64,000 nt of DNA. Origin: Eledone cirrhosa (Eukaryota). The stretch spans positions 145,576,001-145,640,000 of the forward strand of contig OZ024740.1 of assembly GCA_964016885.1 (NCBI GenBank), read 5' to 3'. Both the position numbers and the translations under genes were made by a program. The notes beneath the pieces are model-generated. The model was not told the DNA's origin, ran no database searches, and was given only the letters and a program-made list of their open reading frames with translations. How positions within the stretch are numbered: position 1 is the first letter of the stretch; each line of letters opens with the position of its first letter. Of this stretch, positions 43,848 to 58,394 are shown piece by piece.

Positions 43848-44705
43848 GATAGCAACTAACAGTGCTGCGATCGAATGTGGCTTTTTAGCCCAGCCAATGA
43901 TCCAAAATGTCTCGCACAGAGTCGGCAACCAAAACATTTACTGGGAATAGTCGGCTGTGGTTGGAGTTCGTGTACTTTTGCATGTCGCTTGAGTCCTCCT
44001 GCTGATTTACATTCTCTACCACATGTTTGGCAAGCATGATGAGTAGCATCTCCAACAGCAGCCTGGTAGTCAACCACTGGTCTTACTTTATGACTGCGAA
44101 GATGACTTTCGAGTCCAGCTTTGCTTAGGCAGAGTCTCGCACAGACGCTGCATGTCAGAAACATAGGAGGACCCTCGCCGTCTGGAAGTGCAACAGCAAT
44201 ACCCTTCCTCACGTCCCGCTTTACTTTCTCGTGTGCGATTCGAGATGCCTCAAAGGCAACTTTTCCCTCATATACAGTCTTTCTCCATTTATTACGATCA
44301 GCAGCAACATTTTCCCATGTATCAGCAGAGATGTTAGCGTCTCTCAGAGAGGCCTTCAAGGAATCCTTATACCTCTTTTTTGGTTTATGTGGCGGTCGTT
44401 TTCCTTTAACCAACTCTCCATAGAAGAGTTGTTTTGGTATTCTAGAATCCTTCATCCTGGCAAGGTGACCACTCCAACGGAGTCGCTGCTTAAGCACAAG
44501 AGCTTCTATACTGTCACACATAGAGCTTTCCAAAATCTCGACATCACTGATGTGGTCCCTCCAGTGAACGCCATGTATCCGTCTGAGACACATCTGATGG
44601 AAACGCTCCAATTGCTTAAGGTGGCGTCGATATGTGACCCAGGTCTCGCAGGCATAAAGAAGACAAGAGAGTACACATGCCCTGTACACCCTGTACACAG
44701 CAACA
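43388..44705 (-). mobile_element. RTE (BovB-like) LINE 3' fragment with three C-terminal C2H2 zinc fingers
   Basis: VYRACVLSCLLYACETW...FHQMCLRRI...LRWSGHLARM...PKQLFYGEL followed by three Cx2C-x12-Hx3-4H fingers; terminal hairpin at 43388-43420. Confidence 0.9.
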
Positions 44706-45033
44706 ACAGCTTCAGAATGAACTGAAATGAACATTTACAACAATTACAACAACAACAACAACAGCGGCATCAAAACATAAAAAAAGGAAGGGAAAAGAAA
44801 AAAGAAAAGGGAAGGGGAAAAAAAAAAAAAGGAGAAAAAAAGAAAGGAAAAAAAAAAAAAAAAAAAAAAACTCAAAATAACAAAACACACACACACACAC
44901 ACACACACAACAGAACAACAACATCAACTGCCACCACCACCGCCGCCGCCACCGCCGTCGCCATCACCATCACCAGCGACCTGGCCTTAAGAACAACTTT
45001 AATATATATATATATATACATACATACATACAT

Positions 45034-45069
<36 letters not shown>

Positions 45070-45107
45070 ACATACATACATACACATATATATATATATA
45101 TATATAC

Positions 45108-45142
<35 letters not shown>

Positions 45143-45781
45143 CATACATACATACATACATACACATATATATATATATATATATACATACATACATACA
45201 CATATATATATATATATATATACATACATACATACACACATATATATATATATATATATACATACATACATACACATATATATATATATATACATACATA
45301 CATACACATATATATATATATATACATACATACATACACACATATATATATATATACATACATACACATATATATATACATACATACATACACATATATA
45401 TACATACATACATACACATATATATATACATACATACATACACATATATATATATACATACATACATACATACACATATATATATACATACATATATATA
45501 TACATACATACATACACACATATATATATACATACATACATACATACACATATATATATACATACATACATACATACATACACATATATATATACATACA
45601 TACATACACATATATATATACATACATACATACACATATATATATACATACATACATACACATATATATATACATACATACATACACATATATATATACA
45701 TACATACATACACATATATATATACATACATACATACACATATATATATATATATATATATTTATTAAAATAACAGATTAA

Positions 45782-45832
45782 AGTTTAAGCAAAGAATCGC
45801 TGCTTTCACCCTTAACGGGATCTTCTGAAACT
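45782..45832 (-). ncRNA. Type I hammerhead-like motif with U4A core deviation
   Basis: aguuu-CAGAAGA-uccc(guuaa)gggu-GAAA-gca(gcgauucuu)ugc-U-U-aaacu; helices I-III pair; located at the PLE 3' end. Confidence 0.55.
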
Positions 45833-46102
45833 AACAAAGTCAATCTGTAAACGCAGAAGTGGATATTTCAAAAAACGTTGCAACCGGAGGAAGACAGGAA
45901 GACGATACTTTGGTTCGTGGAAACGTTCCCTGGCAAAGAACGGGAAAAAACGAATAATACGTCATTAATAGGAGCGGTGAAAAACAATTACGCGCAAAGA
46001 CAGAACCACGTTTATGGTATAAAAGAAGTCGTAGACTAATGTTCTCTTAGGTGGTGCATAGAGACGTTCTCTGGCAATGAACGGAAAAAACGAAGATAAT
46101 AC

Positions 46103-46332
46103 AAAAAAAACACAGTCCATGCTGTAATGTGGCCGTGTAGGCAACACGGTAAAAACCTCCCAGCCCCACACTGTAAATGTGGTTGGTGTTAGGAAGGGCA
46201 TCCAGCTGTAGAAAACCCGCCAGACAGTCCTATGCGAGCAATGACAACCACTCTTGCCTCAAGTGGGAAAACTCCCGTCCAATCCCATGCAAGCGTGGAA
46301 CATGGACGTTAAACGATGATGATGATGTGATG
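46103..46332 (+). mobile_element. RTE family B 3' UTR fragment nested in the Penelope-like element
   Basis: Matches 28835-29062; (GAT)n tail; flanked by aatac direct repeat. Confidence 0.88.
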
Positions 46333-48282
46333 AATACGTCATGTGTGGAGCGTGGAGAACAATAACACGCAAAGACAAAACCACGTAAAAGGTATAGCTG
46401 AAGTCAGACTAAATTCTAATTAGGAAACCGAATGAATCTCCGCTTCAGAGTTAAGAATAAAGTAAATAAATACAATACAGAGGTAATAGAAATTAAATAA
46501 ATGCATACACGCATGCAAATACGTACATACACAAGCATACGCAAAACACTTGCCATAGGTATACAAAACCACGCACATATAAATATGTGTGTGTGGGTGC
46601 ATGTATACAAATAAATAAATAATTAAATAAACGTATATAAATAAATAAATACGTATATAACAAGCGCACACACATACCTAGATGTAAATACACAAATGTT
46701 CGGAGACGTAAGTCAACCAAAACATGAAGTACACATATACACACACCCTACATACGTACGAACCTGCATACTCACGCAGACGCAAAACTCCCGTATACAC
46801 ATAACCAAACCATATGTACCAGAATATATAGAAAATTTATACGCCATAACAAAATCAATCAAATATACGTATGAGAAAGTATACGTACCTTCACAAAACA
46901 TACAGGTAATATATACTTACCTATGCAAATAAGTAATGGTATAAACAAAACATATACTTAGCTACCACATCAAGACGTAAAATATCCACGTATAGATCGT
47001 ACTATCCATTAGGGTATAATGTGGGGCTGTAATACAGGAAAGTTTTGTGCAATTTATGTTTACAAGCCGAAATTGCCTCAGAATTTTTGTTTAAGATGTG
47101 GTCTGTGGCGTAGAGTATTTCCAGGGCCTCAGCGGCGCAGAGGTCACATGGTCTTTTATTTCCGTTATACGATCTAGCCCTAGCTAGGATCTCCCAGTGT
47201 AACTTAAATTGGGTGTGGTTGTCTTTTAGACTCCAGATATAAGCTGAAAGTGACGTCATATTCCTTCTTAGAGGGTAACGAAAAGAATGGGTATGCATGT
47301 AAAGACGCTGCTTGAATCTATTGGCGGTTAATCCTATGTAGGCTCTACGGGACGTGGGTGTTTCAACCTTACATTTGTAGACAATGTTACTAGAGAGGCA
47401 TTTCCCGGATAGGGGGCAATCAACCTGATACCTACAATTACAGTTAGTCCTAACTACAGGGTTGCACGTGTTCCTACGGCTAAGTAGTTTAGCTAAATTT
47501 GAAGCTGTGATGTTATGTGCAAGGTTAGGAGTCGTATAGTAAGAAATTTTAATAGTATTTCTATTAAAAATTTTACTATATTTATGTGTAGGGGGAAAAT
47601 GCTTCGTAATAAGGGAAAGAAAGATCTTAGCTAATGGTGTGGCCACCTCCATATTATATGTTGGGTTATACCAACAAATGCGACGGGATCTATTTCTTCT
47701 AGGTCTATTTTCGTACTTTGTATATGCTACCTTATCGACAAATCCACTCCGAGCAAGAGCTTCATTGTAATAAGTGGAATGGTCGTTGAAAATATGCTCG
47801 TTAGTAGATAGACGGGAAAGCCTCAACGAAATGTTTCTTACCAGGTTCTTGGTTAGGCTGGCAGGATGGTTGGAATGCTTACTTATGTAATTAAGCGTAT
47901 CATTCGGCTTTCTATACGGGTAATACAACCCATTCGATAAATTGAGGGTAACGTTGAGGTAATTAACGACCGAGAGATTGGCCTCAACCTGTATAGAGAG
48001 GTTGAAGCCTTTAAAGAAGGCTGTGAGTTCTTTTCTGAACCTGTCGCAAGCGTGAGGTCCGCGCTTAGTCATGGTCAAACGACCATCGTCATGGTACAAA
48101 CCACCGCCCGCGTTGGGGAATTCGTCCTTGATAGAGAAAAGAGGGAAAAGGCCGATAAGATCAGTAACCTCCGTAGAATCGCTGGCGCCCATACGGTTCT
48201 TATATATTTGATATATATTTATCCTTATCGAGCCCTCTTTGGATTTTAGTCTTCAAATTTATTATTATTACTATATATATAT

Positions 48283-48315
<33 letters not shown>

Positions 48316-48481
48316 CATACAGACATATATATATATATATACATACATATATATATATATACATACATATATATATATATACATACATATATATATATAT
48401 ACATACATATATATATATATACATACATATATATATACATACATATATATATATACATACATATATATATATATACATACA

Positions 48482-48583
<102 letters not shown>

Positions 48584-48584
48584 C

Positions 48585-48666
<82 letters not shown>

Positions 48667-48672
48667 ACATAC

Positions 48673-48709
<37 letters not shown>

Positions 48710-48804
48710 CATACATATATATATATATATATATACATACATATATATATATATATATATACATACATACATATATATATATACATACATACATATATAT
48801 ATAC

Positions 48805-48841
<37 letters not shown>

Positions 48842-49165
48842 CATACATATATATATATATATACATATATACATACATATATATATATATACATACATAC
48901 ATATATATATATATACATACATATATATATATATACATACATATATATATATATACATACATATATATATATATACATACATACATATATATATATACAT
49001 ACATATATATATACATACATATATATATATACATACATATATATATATACATACATATATATATATACATACATATATATATATACATACATATATATAT
49101 ATACATACATATATATATATATACATACATATATATATACATACATATATATATATACATACATA

Positions 49166-49206
<41 letters not shown>

Positions 49207-49262
49207 ACATACATATATATATATACATACATATATATATATACATACATACATATATATAC

Positions 49263-49296
<34 letters not shown>

Positions 49297-49407
49297 ATAC
49301 ATACATACATATATATACATACATACATATATATACATACATACATATATATACATATATATATATACATACATACATATATATACATACATACATATAT
49401 ATACATA

Positions 49408-49447
<40 letters not shown>

Positions 49448-49766
49448 CACATACATACATACACATACATACATATATACATACATACATATATATATAT
49501 ATACATACATATATATATACATACATACATATACATACATATACATACATACATATACATACATACATACATACATATATACATACATACATATATACAT
49601 ACATACATATATACATACATACATATATACATACATACATACATACATATACATATACATACATACATATATATACATACATACATACATATACAAAACA
49701 AAAATAAATAAAAAATATATATATATATTGAAATACTTAACTAAAACACACACACTCAAAACTAGA

Positions 49767-50903
49767 ATGGCTAACCAGCAAAAATCCAAACAGAACTGGT
49801 CTGATAATGAAATCGACATTCTAATAAACACATGGCATTGCCTTTCCCAAACAGAAGACATAGATGCTTCATGTCTGAACGACATTGCTAAACGTACAGT
49901 TCAACTTTTGAAAACTCGATCTGAACAACAGATTCAAAATAAATTAAAGCAAATCGAAATTGCTTTTAAATTAATCAATAAACATTTGGATAAACTACGG
50001 TGTGTTTTTTCTTCGGATGCTGTCCAGCAGCAGCATCAACAACAACAGCAGCTACAACGGCAACAACAACAACAGCTACAACAACAACATCAACAACAGC
50101 AACAACAACGACAACAACAGTGTGAACCACTCCTTGATTCATCAACAATGGCCGATCTACTAAATGAAACTATTGACCTCCCAGTAGCCTCCGTCTCACA
50201 GCAGGAAACGCCACATCCTTTCTCTGGCCCAGCAGTCCAATCATCACCACTGCCAACATCTTCTTCTCTGCCTACTACTACATCTTTGGCTACTGCTATC
50301 TCAAGGAATTTACCTTCTAATACCAGAACAAGAACTCTCCCTCCCACAGTCCACAAAGGTCGTCAAATCCTACTCAAACCATCATCTACACCTCTCACAA
50401 CACACACACCCACATACCCACCCACTCGAAACCCCATCATTTGCCGCTACTCTCTACGCTATAGAATATGTACGGATAGTGGCTGCAAATTCACCCATTT
50501 ACCTAGGACAAAACGATCTATCCCCACAAACAGCCACCACCATAATACATACTCTAATTTAACACCAACACAACCACCAATAACTCAAACAAGGAATCCA
50601 CAAATCTGCCGCTTTTCCCTGCGAGACAGATTGTGTTTAGACCGGGATTGTCCCTTTACCCATCTCCCGGGGACCCGTCGGACAAATGAAAATAAAATTA
50701 AAAATAAAAGCAAAAACAAAAACCATAACCTACATAAAAATAACCACTACCACAGTCACCAACAGTCTTCTAAACAGGAAACTTCTTCCTCTTTTTTAGC
50801 CATAATGAATCTGGCAAAAGAACTGGAAAAAAACATTCGAGCTATCACCCAGCACCACCCTCCACTATCACCCCACTGCACAAACTCCCATTGCTGCCAT
50901 TAA
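49767..50903 (+). CDS. LINE ORF1 (Myb/SANT-like N-terminus, poly-Q, two CCCH fingers), 378 aa
   Basis: ATG at 49767; [13 protein letters not shown]...[13 protein letters not shown]; two C-x8-C-x4-C-x3-H motifs. Confidence 0.8.
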   Translation: MANQQKSKQNWSDNEIDILINTWHCLSQTEDIDASCLNDIAKRTVQLLKTRSEQQIQNKLKQIEIAFKLINKHLDKLRCVFSSDAVQQQHQQQQQLQRQQQQQLQQQHQQQQQQRQQQCEPLLDSSTMADLLNETIDLPVASVSQQETPHPFSGPAVQSSPLPTSSSLPTTTSLATAISRNLPSNTRTRTLPPTVHKGRQILLKPSSTPLTTHTPTYPPTRNPIICRYSLRYRICTDSGCKFTHLPRTKRSIPTNSHHHNTYSNLTPTQPPITQTRNPQICRFSLRDRLCLDRDCPFTHLPGTRRTNENKIKNKSKNKNHNLHKNNHYHSHQQSSKQETSSSFLAIMNLAKELEKNIRAITQHHPPLSPHCTNSHCCH

Positions 50904-53900
50904 CGAACAAACAAATTAACAACACACCAAAACAATTAAAACCATCCACTCTCGCCTCTACATTTTTGCTTAACGCCCAAGGCATCAGCCCTTCCACCAA
51001 TACTCAAAAATGGAAGATCAAATTCCTGGAGGACTGGATTGATGTCCATCCAAACCACATCCCTTTCTTCGTCCTCACTGAAACCCATCTCAGTAACCTC
51101 CACTTGGAAGCCGAGGTGAAAGTGAAAAATTTCAAAGCCATCCGTGCTGATCGCGCTGGCAGAAGAAAGGGCGGGACTGCCATTTATGTCCATAATTCTT
51201 TCTCAACAGAGGCTATGAACATATTCACTAATGGATACTGTGAAGCAGTCACTGTATTCAGTCAAACCAACAACCTAATAGTAGTTGGGCTCTATAGGCC
51301 ACCCCAAACGCCTGTACCATGCTTCAAGGAATGCCTCAACAGCATAAAGTGTTTCATCCAAGAGTGTCACCCTGACAACATCTTAATGATGGGGGACTTC
51401 AACCTCCCCGGAGTTGACTGGTCCACAAACAGCCTGCCACCAGGTTCTTCTGCCTCAACCTCTGACAGGGAAGCAGTGGAATCGCTTCTTGACTTCATGG
51501 ATGATTTCTTCCTATCCCAACTGGTGCTCGAACCAACGAGGTGCCACAAAAACGTCCTAGACTTAATTTTCAGCAATCACACTGACAATATCCACAAAAT
51601 TGCAGTGGAGAAAACTCTACTCTCTGATCATGACATGGTTCTCTGTGATCTGAGATTCCACCGTCCAATATACAAACCCAATGTCATCTCTCCTGTCCAT
51701 CCGTTTGACGCTATGGATTTCCACAATGCAAACTGGGAAGCGATCAGTCATGATCTTGCACATGTCGACTGGTCCTTCACGCACACTCATACACCCACTA
51801 ACATCAAAAAGTCCTGGCAGACATTTATGGACACTGTTACAAACATATGTGCTAAACACACCCCATTAAGAACTATAAACAAATCTAAGAGCAGAATCCC
51901 TAGAAATAGAAAAACGCTCATCAGAAAAATTAAGAGAACGAACAAAAAAATCAACAAGCTGAAATACTGTCAGCAGCAACACATCAACTTGACTGCCATT
52001 TCATCACTAAAGATTAAAAAACATAACCTCCAAAACAACATAATGTCCCTCATCAACAATCAGAGAAGAGCTGAAGAGGCCTGGGCCATTGAGAAGATCA
52101 AACTCAATCCCAAAGTGTTCTTTTCATTTGCAAAAAAACACAAAATCACTGGCTCTACTGTTGGCCCTCTAATTGATGAAAATGGCACTCTTCAAGACAA
52201 TGCTAAAACCATGGGTGAGATACTGCAGAAACAATACTGCTCTGTTTTCAGCAATCCTGATATGGCCGATCTGGGCTGTATCGGCGATGTTACTCCCCAT
52301 TACACCTTATCGGACATAACGTTTGGCGCCCCTGATGTCTTAGCGGCAATAAAGGAAATCAAGCATAATTCAGCAGTAGGTCCCGATAGGTTCCCTGCTT
52401 GTGTCTTGAAGGCGTGTCAACACCAACTTGCATCTCCTCTTGCCAATCTGTGGCGGAACTCACTGGATGCTGGATATGTGCCAGAAAACCTTCTATCCCA
52501 GTCTGTTGTCCCAGTTTTCAAAAAGGGAAACAAATCCCTTGCCGTGAATTACCGTCCAATCTCACTCACCTCTCATATCATTAAGGTATTTGAGAGAGTG
52601 GTGAGATCGCGAATGACCCACTTCCTTGAGAGTAACAATATGCTGAACTCCAACCAGCATGGATTCTGTAATGGAAGGGATTGCCTGACGCAGCTACTGC
52701 ATCACTTTGATGACATTTTGAGAGCCTTGGGAGAGGGTTCCAACACTGATGTTATCTACCTTGATTTCAGCAAGGCCTTTGACAGGGTTGATCATAACAT
52801 TCTACTGAGAAAGCTGTCCAATATTGGTGTCACTGGAAAGCTGCTGCAGTGGATCAAGAGCTTCCTGTCAAACAGAACCCAACATGTTGTAGTTGAAGGA
52901 GTCAAATCCAGCCCAGCCAAAGTCAGTAGTGGGGTCCCACAAGGCACTGTGTTGGGCCCACTTCTCTTCATCATCTATATTAATGACATCACTGACATCA
53001 TCAAACACAGCAACATTAAAATTTTCGCTGATGATTCCAAGCTCCAAAAGGTCATGAATGGCGTGGATGACCGGATAAGCCTTCAGTCAGACCTACTGGC
53101 TGTTACCCAATGGGCGGAAAAGAACAACATGTTACTGAACGAAGACAAATTCGAACTGATCCACTTTGGAAAAGAGGATGCTCTGAAACTCCCGTACTCC
53201 CTTCCCTCCGTGGAAACTCTCGTGGCATCTAACAACATCAGAGACTTGGGAGTAACCATGGACAGCAACATAAGCTGGGCCACGCATATAAGCAGCAAAG
53301 TTGACATGGCCCGCAGAATGTGTTCCTGGATCCTCAGAACCTTCCAGTCGAGAGATTCCCACACCATTATCCTTCTCTTCTCTACTTTTGCCCGACCACA
53401 CCTTGAATACTGTTGTCCACTGTGGTCTCCCCACACGAAACAAAGTATCATGAAACTTGAAGCTCCTCAAAGGGCAATCACGAAAAAGATAGATGGCATG
53501 TCAGACCTTGACTACTGGGGTCGACTAGAAAAGCTAAAACTTTACTCACTCCAACGTCGCCGTGAGCGTTATATTATCTGCATGATGTGGAAAATGTTCC
53601 ATCATCACTGCCCAAATGATGTTGGCATCGCCTTCAAGATACACCCAAGGCTTGGGCCCCGTGCTATCCGTCCCATACAAAAATCTAAATCGCAACTCAT
53701 AACAACAATACGGCACAATTATTTCACCTCAATCGGCCCTGCTCTCTTCAACATCACACCAGGACACGTCAAAACAGAAACTGACCACACAAAATTCAAG
53801 AAGTCTTTGGACAAATTCCTCCAAGTAATCCCGGACAAACCACCCACACCCGGATATGTCTCCGCAAACAGTAATTCTCTTCTCGAATGGGCCATGGTGC

Positions 53901-53911
53901 CCAAATCCTGA
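50774..53911 (+). CDS. LINE ORF2 (APE endonuclease + reverse transcriptase); frame open from 50774, start mechanism uncertain
   Basis: LLNAQG, LTETHL, GGTAIY, YRPP, MGDFN, LDLIF, SDH; [48 protein letters not shown]; no internal stops. Confidence 0.96.
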   Translation, partial: TGNFFLFFSHNESGKRTGKKHSSYHPAPPSTITPLHKLPLLPLTNKQINNTPKQLKPSTLASTFLLNAQGISPSTNTQKWKIKFLEDWIDVHPNHIPFFVLTETHLSNLHLEAEVKVKNFKAIRADRAGRRKGGTAIYVHNSFSTEAMNIFTNGYCEAVTVFSQTNNLIVVGLYRPPQTPVPCFKECLNSIKCFIQECHPDNILMMGDFNLPGVDWSTNSLPPGSSASTSDREAVESLLDFMDDFFLSQLVLEPTRCHKNVLDLIFSNHTDNIHKIAVEKTLLSDHDMVLCDLRFHRPIYKPNVISPVHPFDAMDFHNANWEAISHDLAHVDWSFTHTHTPTNIKKSWQTFMDTVTNICAKHTPLRTINKSKSRIPRNRKTLIRKIKRTNKKINKLKYCQQQHINLTAISSLKIKKHNLQNNIMSLINNQRRAEEAWAIEKIKLNPKVFFSFAKKHKITGSTVGPLIDENGTLQDNAKTMGEILQKQYCSVFSNPDMADLGCIGDVTPHYTLSDITFGAPDVLAAIKEIKHNSAVGPDRFPACVLKACQHQLASPLANLWRNSLDAGYVPENLLSQSVVPVFKKGNKSLAVNYRPISLTSHIIKVFERVVRSRMTHFLESNNMLNSNQHGFCNGRDCLTQLLHHFDDILRALGEGSNTDVIYLDFSKAFDRVDHNILLRKLSNIGVTGKLLQWIKSFLSNRTQHVVVEGVKSSPAKVSSGVPQGTVLGPLLFIIYINDITDIIKHSNIKIFADDSKLQKVMNGVDDRISLQSDLLAVTQWAEKNNMLLNEDKFELIHFGKEDALKLPYSLPSVETLVASNNIRDLGVTMDSNISWATHISSKVDMARRMCSWILRTFQSRDSHTIILLFSTFARPHLEYCCPLWSPHTKQSIMKLEAPQRAITKKIDGMSDLDYWGRLEKLKLYSLQRRRERYIICMMWKMFHHHCPNDVGIAFKIHPRLGPRAIRPIQKSKSQLITTIRHNYFTSIGPALFNITPGHVKTETDHTKFKKSLDKFLQVIPDKPPTPGYVSANSNSLLEWAMVPKS

Positions 53912-55496
53912 ATTGAAAGACTTCGCCAGGTGGTGCTATTAAGTTAGACATGGCCTGGGCCAATACTGGTCAAAACATTTCAAAGTTATTCAAAGTTACA
54001 TACATATATATACATACATACATATACATACATACACACATATATATATATATATATACATACATACACATATATATATATACATACATACACATATATA
54101 TATATACATACACACACATATATATATATATACATACACACATACACATATATATATATATACATACACATACATATATATACATACACACACATATATA
54201 TATATATATACATACACACATACACATATATATATATATACATACACATACATATATACATACATACACATATATATATACATACATACACATATATATA
54301 TACATACATACATATATATATATATACATACATATATACACACATATATATATATACATACATATATACACACATATATATATATACATACATACATACA
54401 CACATATATATACATACATACACACACACATATATATATATACATACATACACACACACATATATATATATACATACATACACACACACATATATATACA
54501 TACATACATACACACATGTATATACATACATATATATATACATACATACATACATACACATACATACACATATATATACATACATACACATATATATATA
54601 TACATACATACACATATATATATATACATACATACACATATATATATATACATACATACACATATATATACACATACATACACATATATATATACATACA
54701 TACACATATATATATATACATACATACACATATATATATATACATACATACACATATATATATATACATACATACACATATATATATATACATACATACA
54801 TACATACACATATATATACATACATACACATATATATATATACATACATACATACATACACATATATATATATACATACATACATACATACACATATATA
54901 TATATACATACACATATATATATATACATACATACACATATATATATATACATACATACACATATATATATATACATACATACACATATATATATATACA
55001 TACATACACATATATATATATATATGCATACACAAATACATACACACATACATACATATATATACATACATACACATATATATACATACATACACATATA
55101 TATACATACATACATATATATACATACATACATATATATACATACATACACATATATATGCATACATACATATTCATACATACATACATACATACATATA
55201 TATACATACATACATACATATATATACATACATACATATATATATGCATACATACACATATATATACATACATACACATATATATACATACATACACATA
55301 TATATACATACATACACACATATATACATACATACACACATATATATACATACATACACACATATATATACATACATACACGTATATATATGTACATACA
55401 TACATATATACATACATACATATATATACATACATACATATACATACATACATATATATACATACATACATATATACATACATATATATACATACA

Positions 55497-55596
<100 letters not shown>

Positions 55597-56839
55597 CATA
55601 CATACATACACATACATACATACATACACATACATACATATATATATACATACATACATACATATATATATACATACATACATACATATATATATACATA
55701 CATACATACATATATATATACATACATACATACATATATACATACATACATACACATACATACATACATATATATATATATATACATACATACACACATA
55801 TATATATATATATATATACATACACACACATATATATATATATATACATACACACACATATATATATACATACATACGCATATATATATACATACATACA
55901 CATATATATAAATACATACATACACACACATACATATATATACATACATACATACATACATACACACATACATATATATATATACATACATATATATATA
56001 AATACATACATACACACACATACATACATACATACACACACATACATACATACATACATACACATACATATATATATATACATACATACATACACATACA
56101 TATATATATATACATACATATATATATATACATACATACACATACATATATACATACATACACATACACATACATACACACATATATATACATACATATA
56201 TATATATACATACATACACATACATATATACATACATACACACATATATATATATATATATATATACATACACATACATATATATATATACATACATATA
56301 TATATATACATACATACACATACATATATACATACATACACACATATATATATATCTATATATACATACATACATACACGTACATATATATATATATATA
56401 TACATATATATATACATACATACACACATATATATATATATATATACATATATACATACATACACATATATATATATATATATATACATACATACATATA
56501 TACATACATACATATATATATACATACACACATATATATATACATACACACATATATATATACATACACACATATATACATACACACATATATACATACA
56601 TACACATATATATACATACATACACATATATATACATACATACACATATATATACATACATACACATATATATACATATACACATATATATACATACATA
56701 CACATATATATACATACATACACATATATATACATACATACATATATATACATACATACATACATATACATACATACATACATATACATACATACATACA
56801 TACATACATACATACACATATATATATATACATACATAT

Positions 56840-57447
56840 GGTCGCTGCCAACTCGTTTTCGAGTACGGCCACTGCTTTATATCCATGTAGGAGAACCCCT
56901 ACCGATGCGCTGAACGAGTGTGACTTTTTAGTCCAGCCAGCGACTTGAAAACTCTGGTACAAACACTACACTTGTGACAATTATTAACACATAGTGCTGG
57001 GCCCATGGTACCATGTGACGACAAGTGCAGAGAGATCTCCAGATATAAAGCAATGCTTGTGCCGTGAAGCTTTTATAGTGAGCAAAGGCACTGCACAAAG
57101 CCAGTCCCACTCTCTTAACCAAGATGATATTTACCAAAAAGAAGAACAAGTCAACATCATTGGATACCATCAGGGTTGCAGGTGTTATATCAGAGTTTTC
57201 CTTCTCCTAGAATTCTGCCTTGACAAAGGCTAAGGGGTCATCTCTCCCAGTGATTTTGGATGGCCATTGACTCTTAAGAGCTCCTTTGCCCTTTCACAGG
57301 TTTTGTTTTTAGTCCTGCAGGATGTCCAAAGTCACCCTCCTCACCAAGAAACCTTGGTGGGGTTGCCAGTTTAGTCGCCAACGACCCGACCATGAGACAG
57401 GTTGTACTGGGATACATGTTACCAGTAGCACCAACTGATGACCTGAC
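56840..57447 (-). mobile_element. 608-bp RTE-derived non-autonomous element, copy 4 (full length)
   Basis: Same ends as copy 2. Confidence 0.9.
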
Positions 57448-57593
57448 ATATATATATATACATACATACATACATACATATATATACATACATACATATA
57501 TATACATACATACATATATATACATACATACATATATATACATACATACATACATATACATACATACATACATACATTCATACATATATACAT

Positions 57594-58201
57594 GGTGGCT
57601 GCCAACTCGTTTTCAAGTACGGCCACTACTTTATATGTAGGAGAACCCCTACCGATGTGCTGAACGAGTGTGAATTTTTAGTCCAGCCAGCGACTTGAAA
57701 ACTCTGGTAGGTACAAACGCTACACTTGTGACAATTATTGACACATAGTGCTGGGCCGATGGTACCATGTGATGACAAGTGCAGAGAGATCTCCAGATAT
57801 AAAGCAATGCCTGTGCCGTGAAGCTTTTATAGTGAGCAAAGGCACTGCACAAAGCCAGTCCCACTCTCTTAACCAAGATGATATTTACCAAAAAGAAGAA
57901 CAAGTCAACATCATTGGATACCATCAGGGTTGCAGGTGTTATATCAGAGTTTTCCTTCTCCTAGAATTCTGCCTTGACAAAGGCTAAGGGGTCATCTCTC
58001 CCAGTGATTTTGGATGGCCAGTGACTCTTAAGAGCTCCTTTGCCCTTTGACAGGTTTTGTTTTTAGTCCTGCAGGATGTCCAAAGTCACCCTCCTCACCA
58101 AGAAACCTTGGTGGGGTTGCCAGTTTAGTCGCCAACGACCTGACCATGAGACTGGTTGTACTGGGATACATGTTACCAGTAGCACCAACTGGTGACCTGA
58201 C
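57594..58201 (-). mobile_element. 608-bp RTE-derived non-autonomous element, copy 5 (full length)
   Basis: Same ends; small indels near the 3' end. Confidence 0.9.
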
Positions 58202-58243
58202 ATAACATATATATATATACATATATACACATATATACATACA

Positions 58244-58279
<36 letters not shown>

Positions 58280-58308
58280 TATACATATACATACATATAT
58301 AAACATAT

Positions 58309-58341
<33 letters not shown>

Positions 58342-58362
58342 CATATAAACATATATACATAC

Positions 58363-58394
<32 letters not shown>

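Larger units (their letters stand above)
45761..48195 (-). mobile_element. Penelope-like element, 5'-truncated (RT C-half + GIY-YIG endonuclease ORF 48192-47002, then long 3' region/pLTR)
   Basis: MGASDSTEV...GLYHDDG (YRDD-like), YRKP, WYNP, CNCR...CPLSGKCL, IVYKC...YIGLT...FKQR..H, CDLC..E, LN; ends with hammerhead-like motif and AATAAA. Confidence 0.92.
49695..53998 (+). mobile_element. Apparently full-length, intact CR1-group LINE
   Basis: Two uninterrupted ORFs, short 3' UTR with hairpin ccaggt...gcctgg and tandem tail (ttcaaagtta)2. Confidence 0.93.

Noticed and set aside
48196-48271. Inverted pLTR at the 5' end of the Penelope-like element
   Set aside because: No visible match to the element's 3' region; origin unresolved.
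57350-57447. HDV-like ribozyme at the 5' end of the 608-bp element
   Set aside because: The end can fold into a closed multi-stem structure, but I could not identify the nested double pseudoknot or canonical L3/J4-2 residues by eye.
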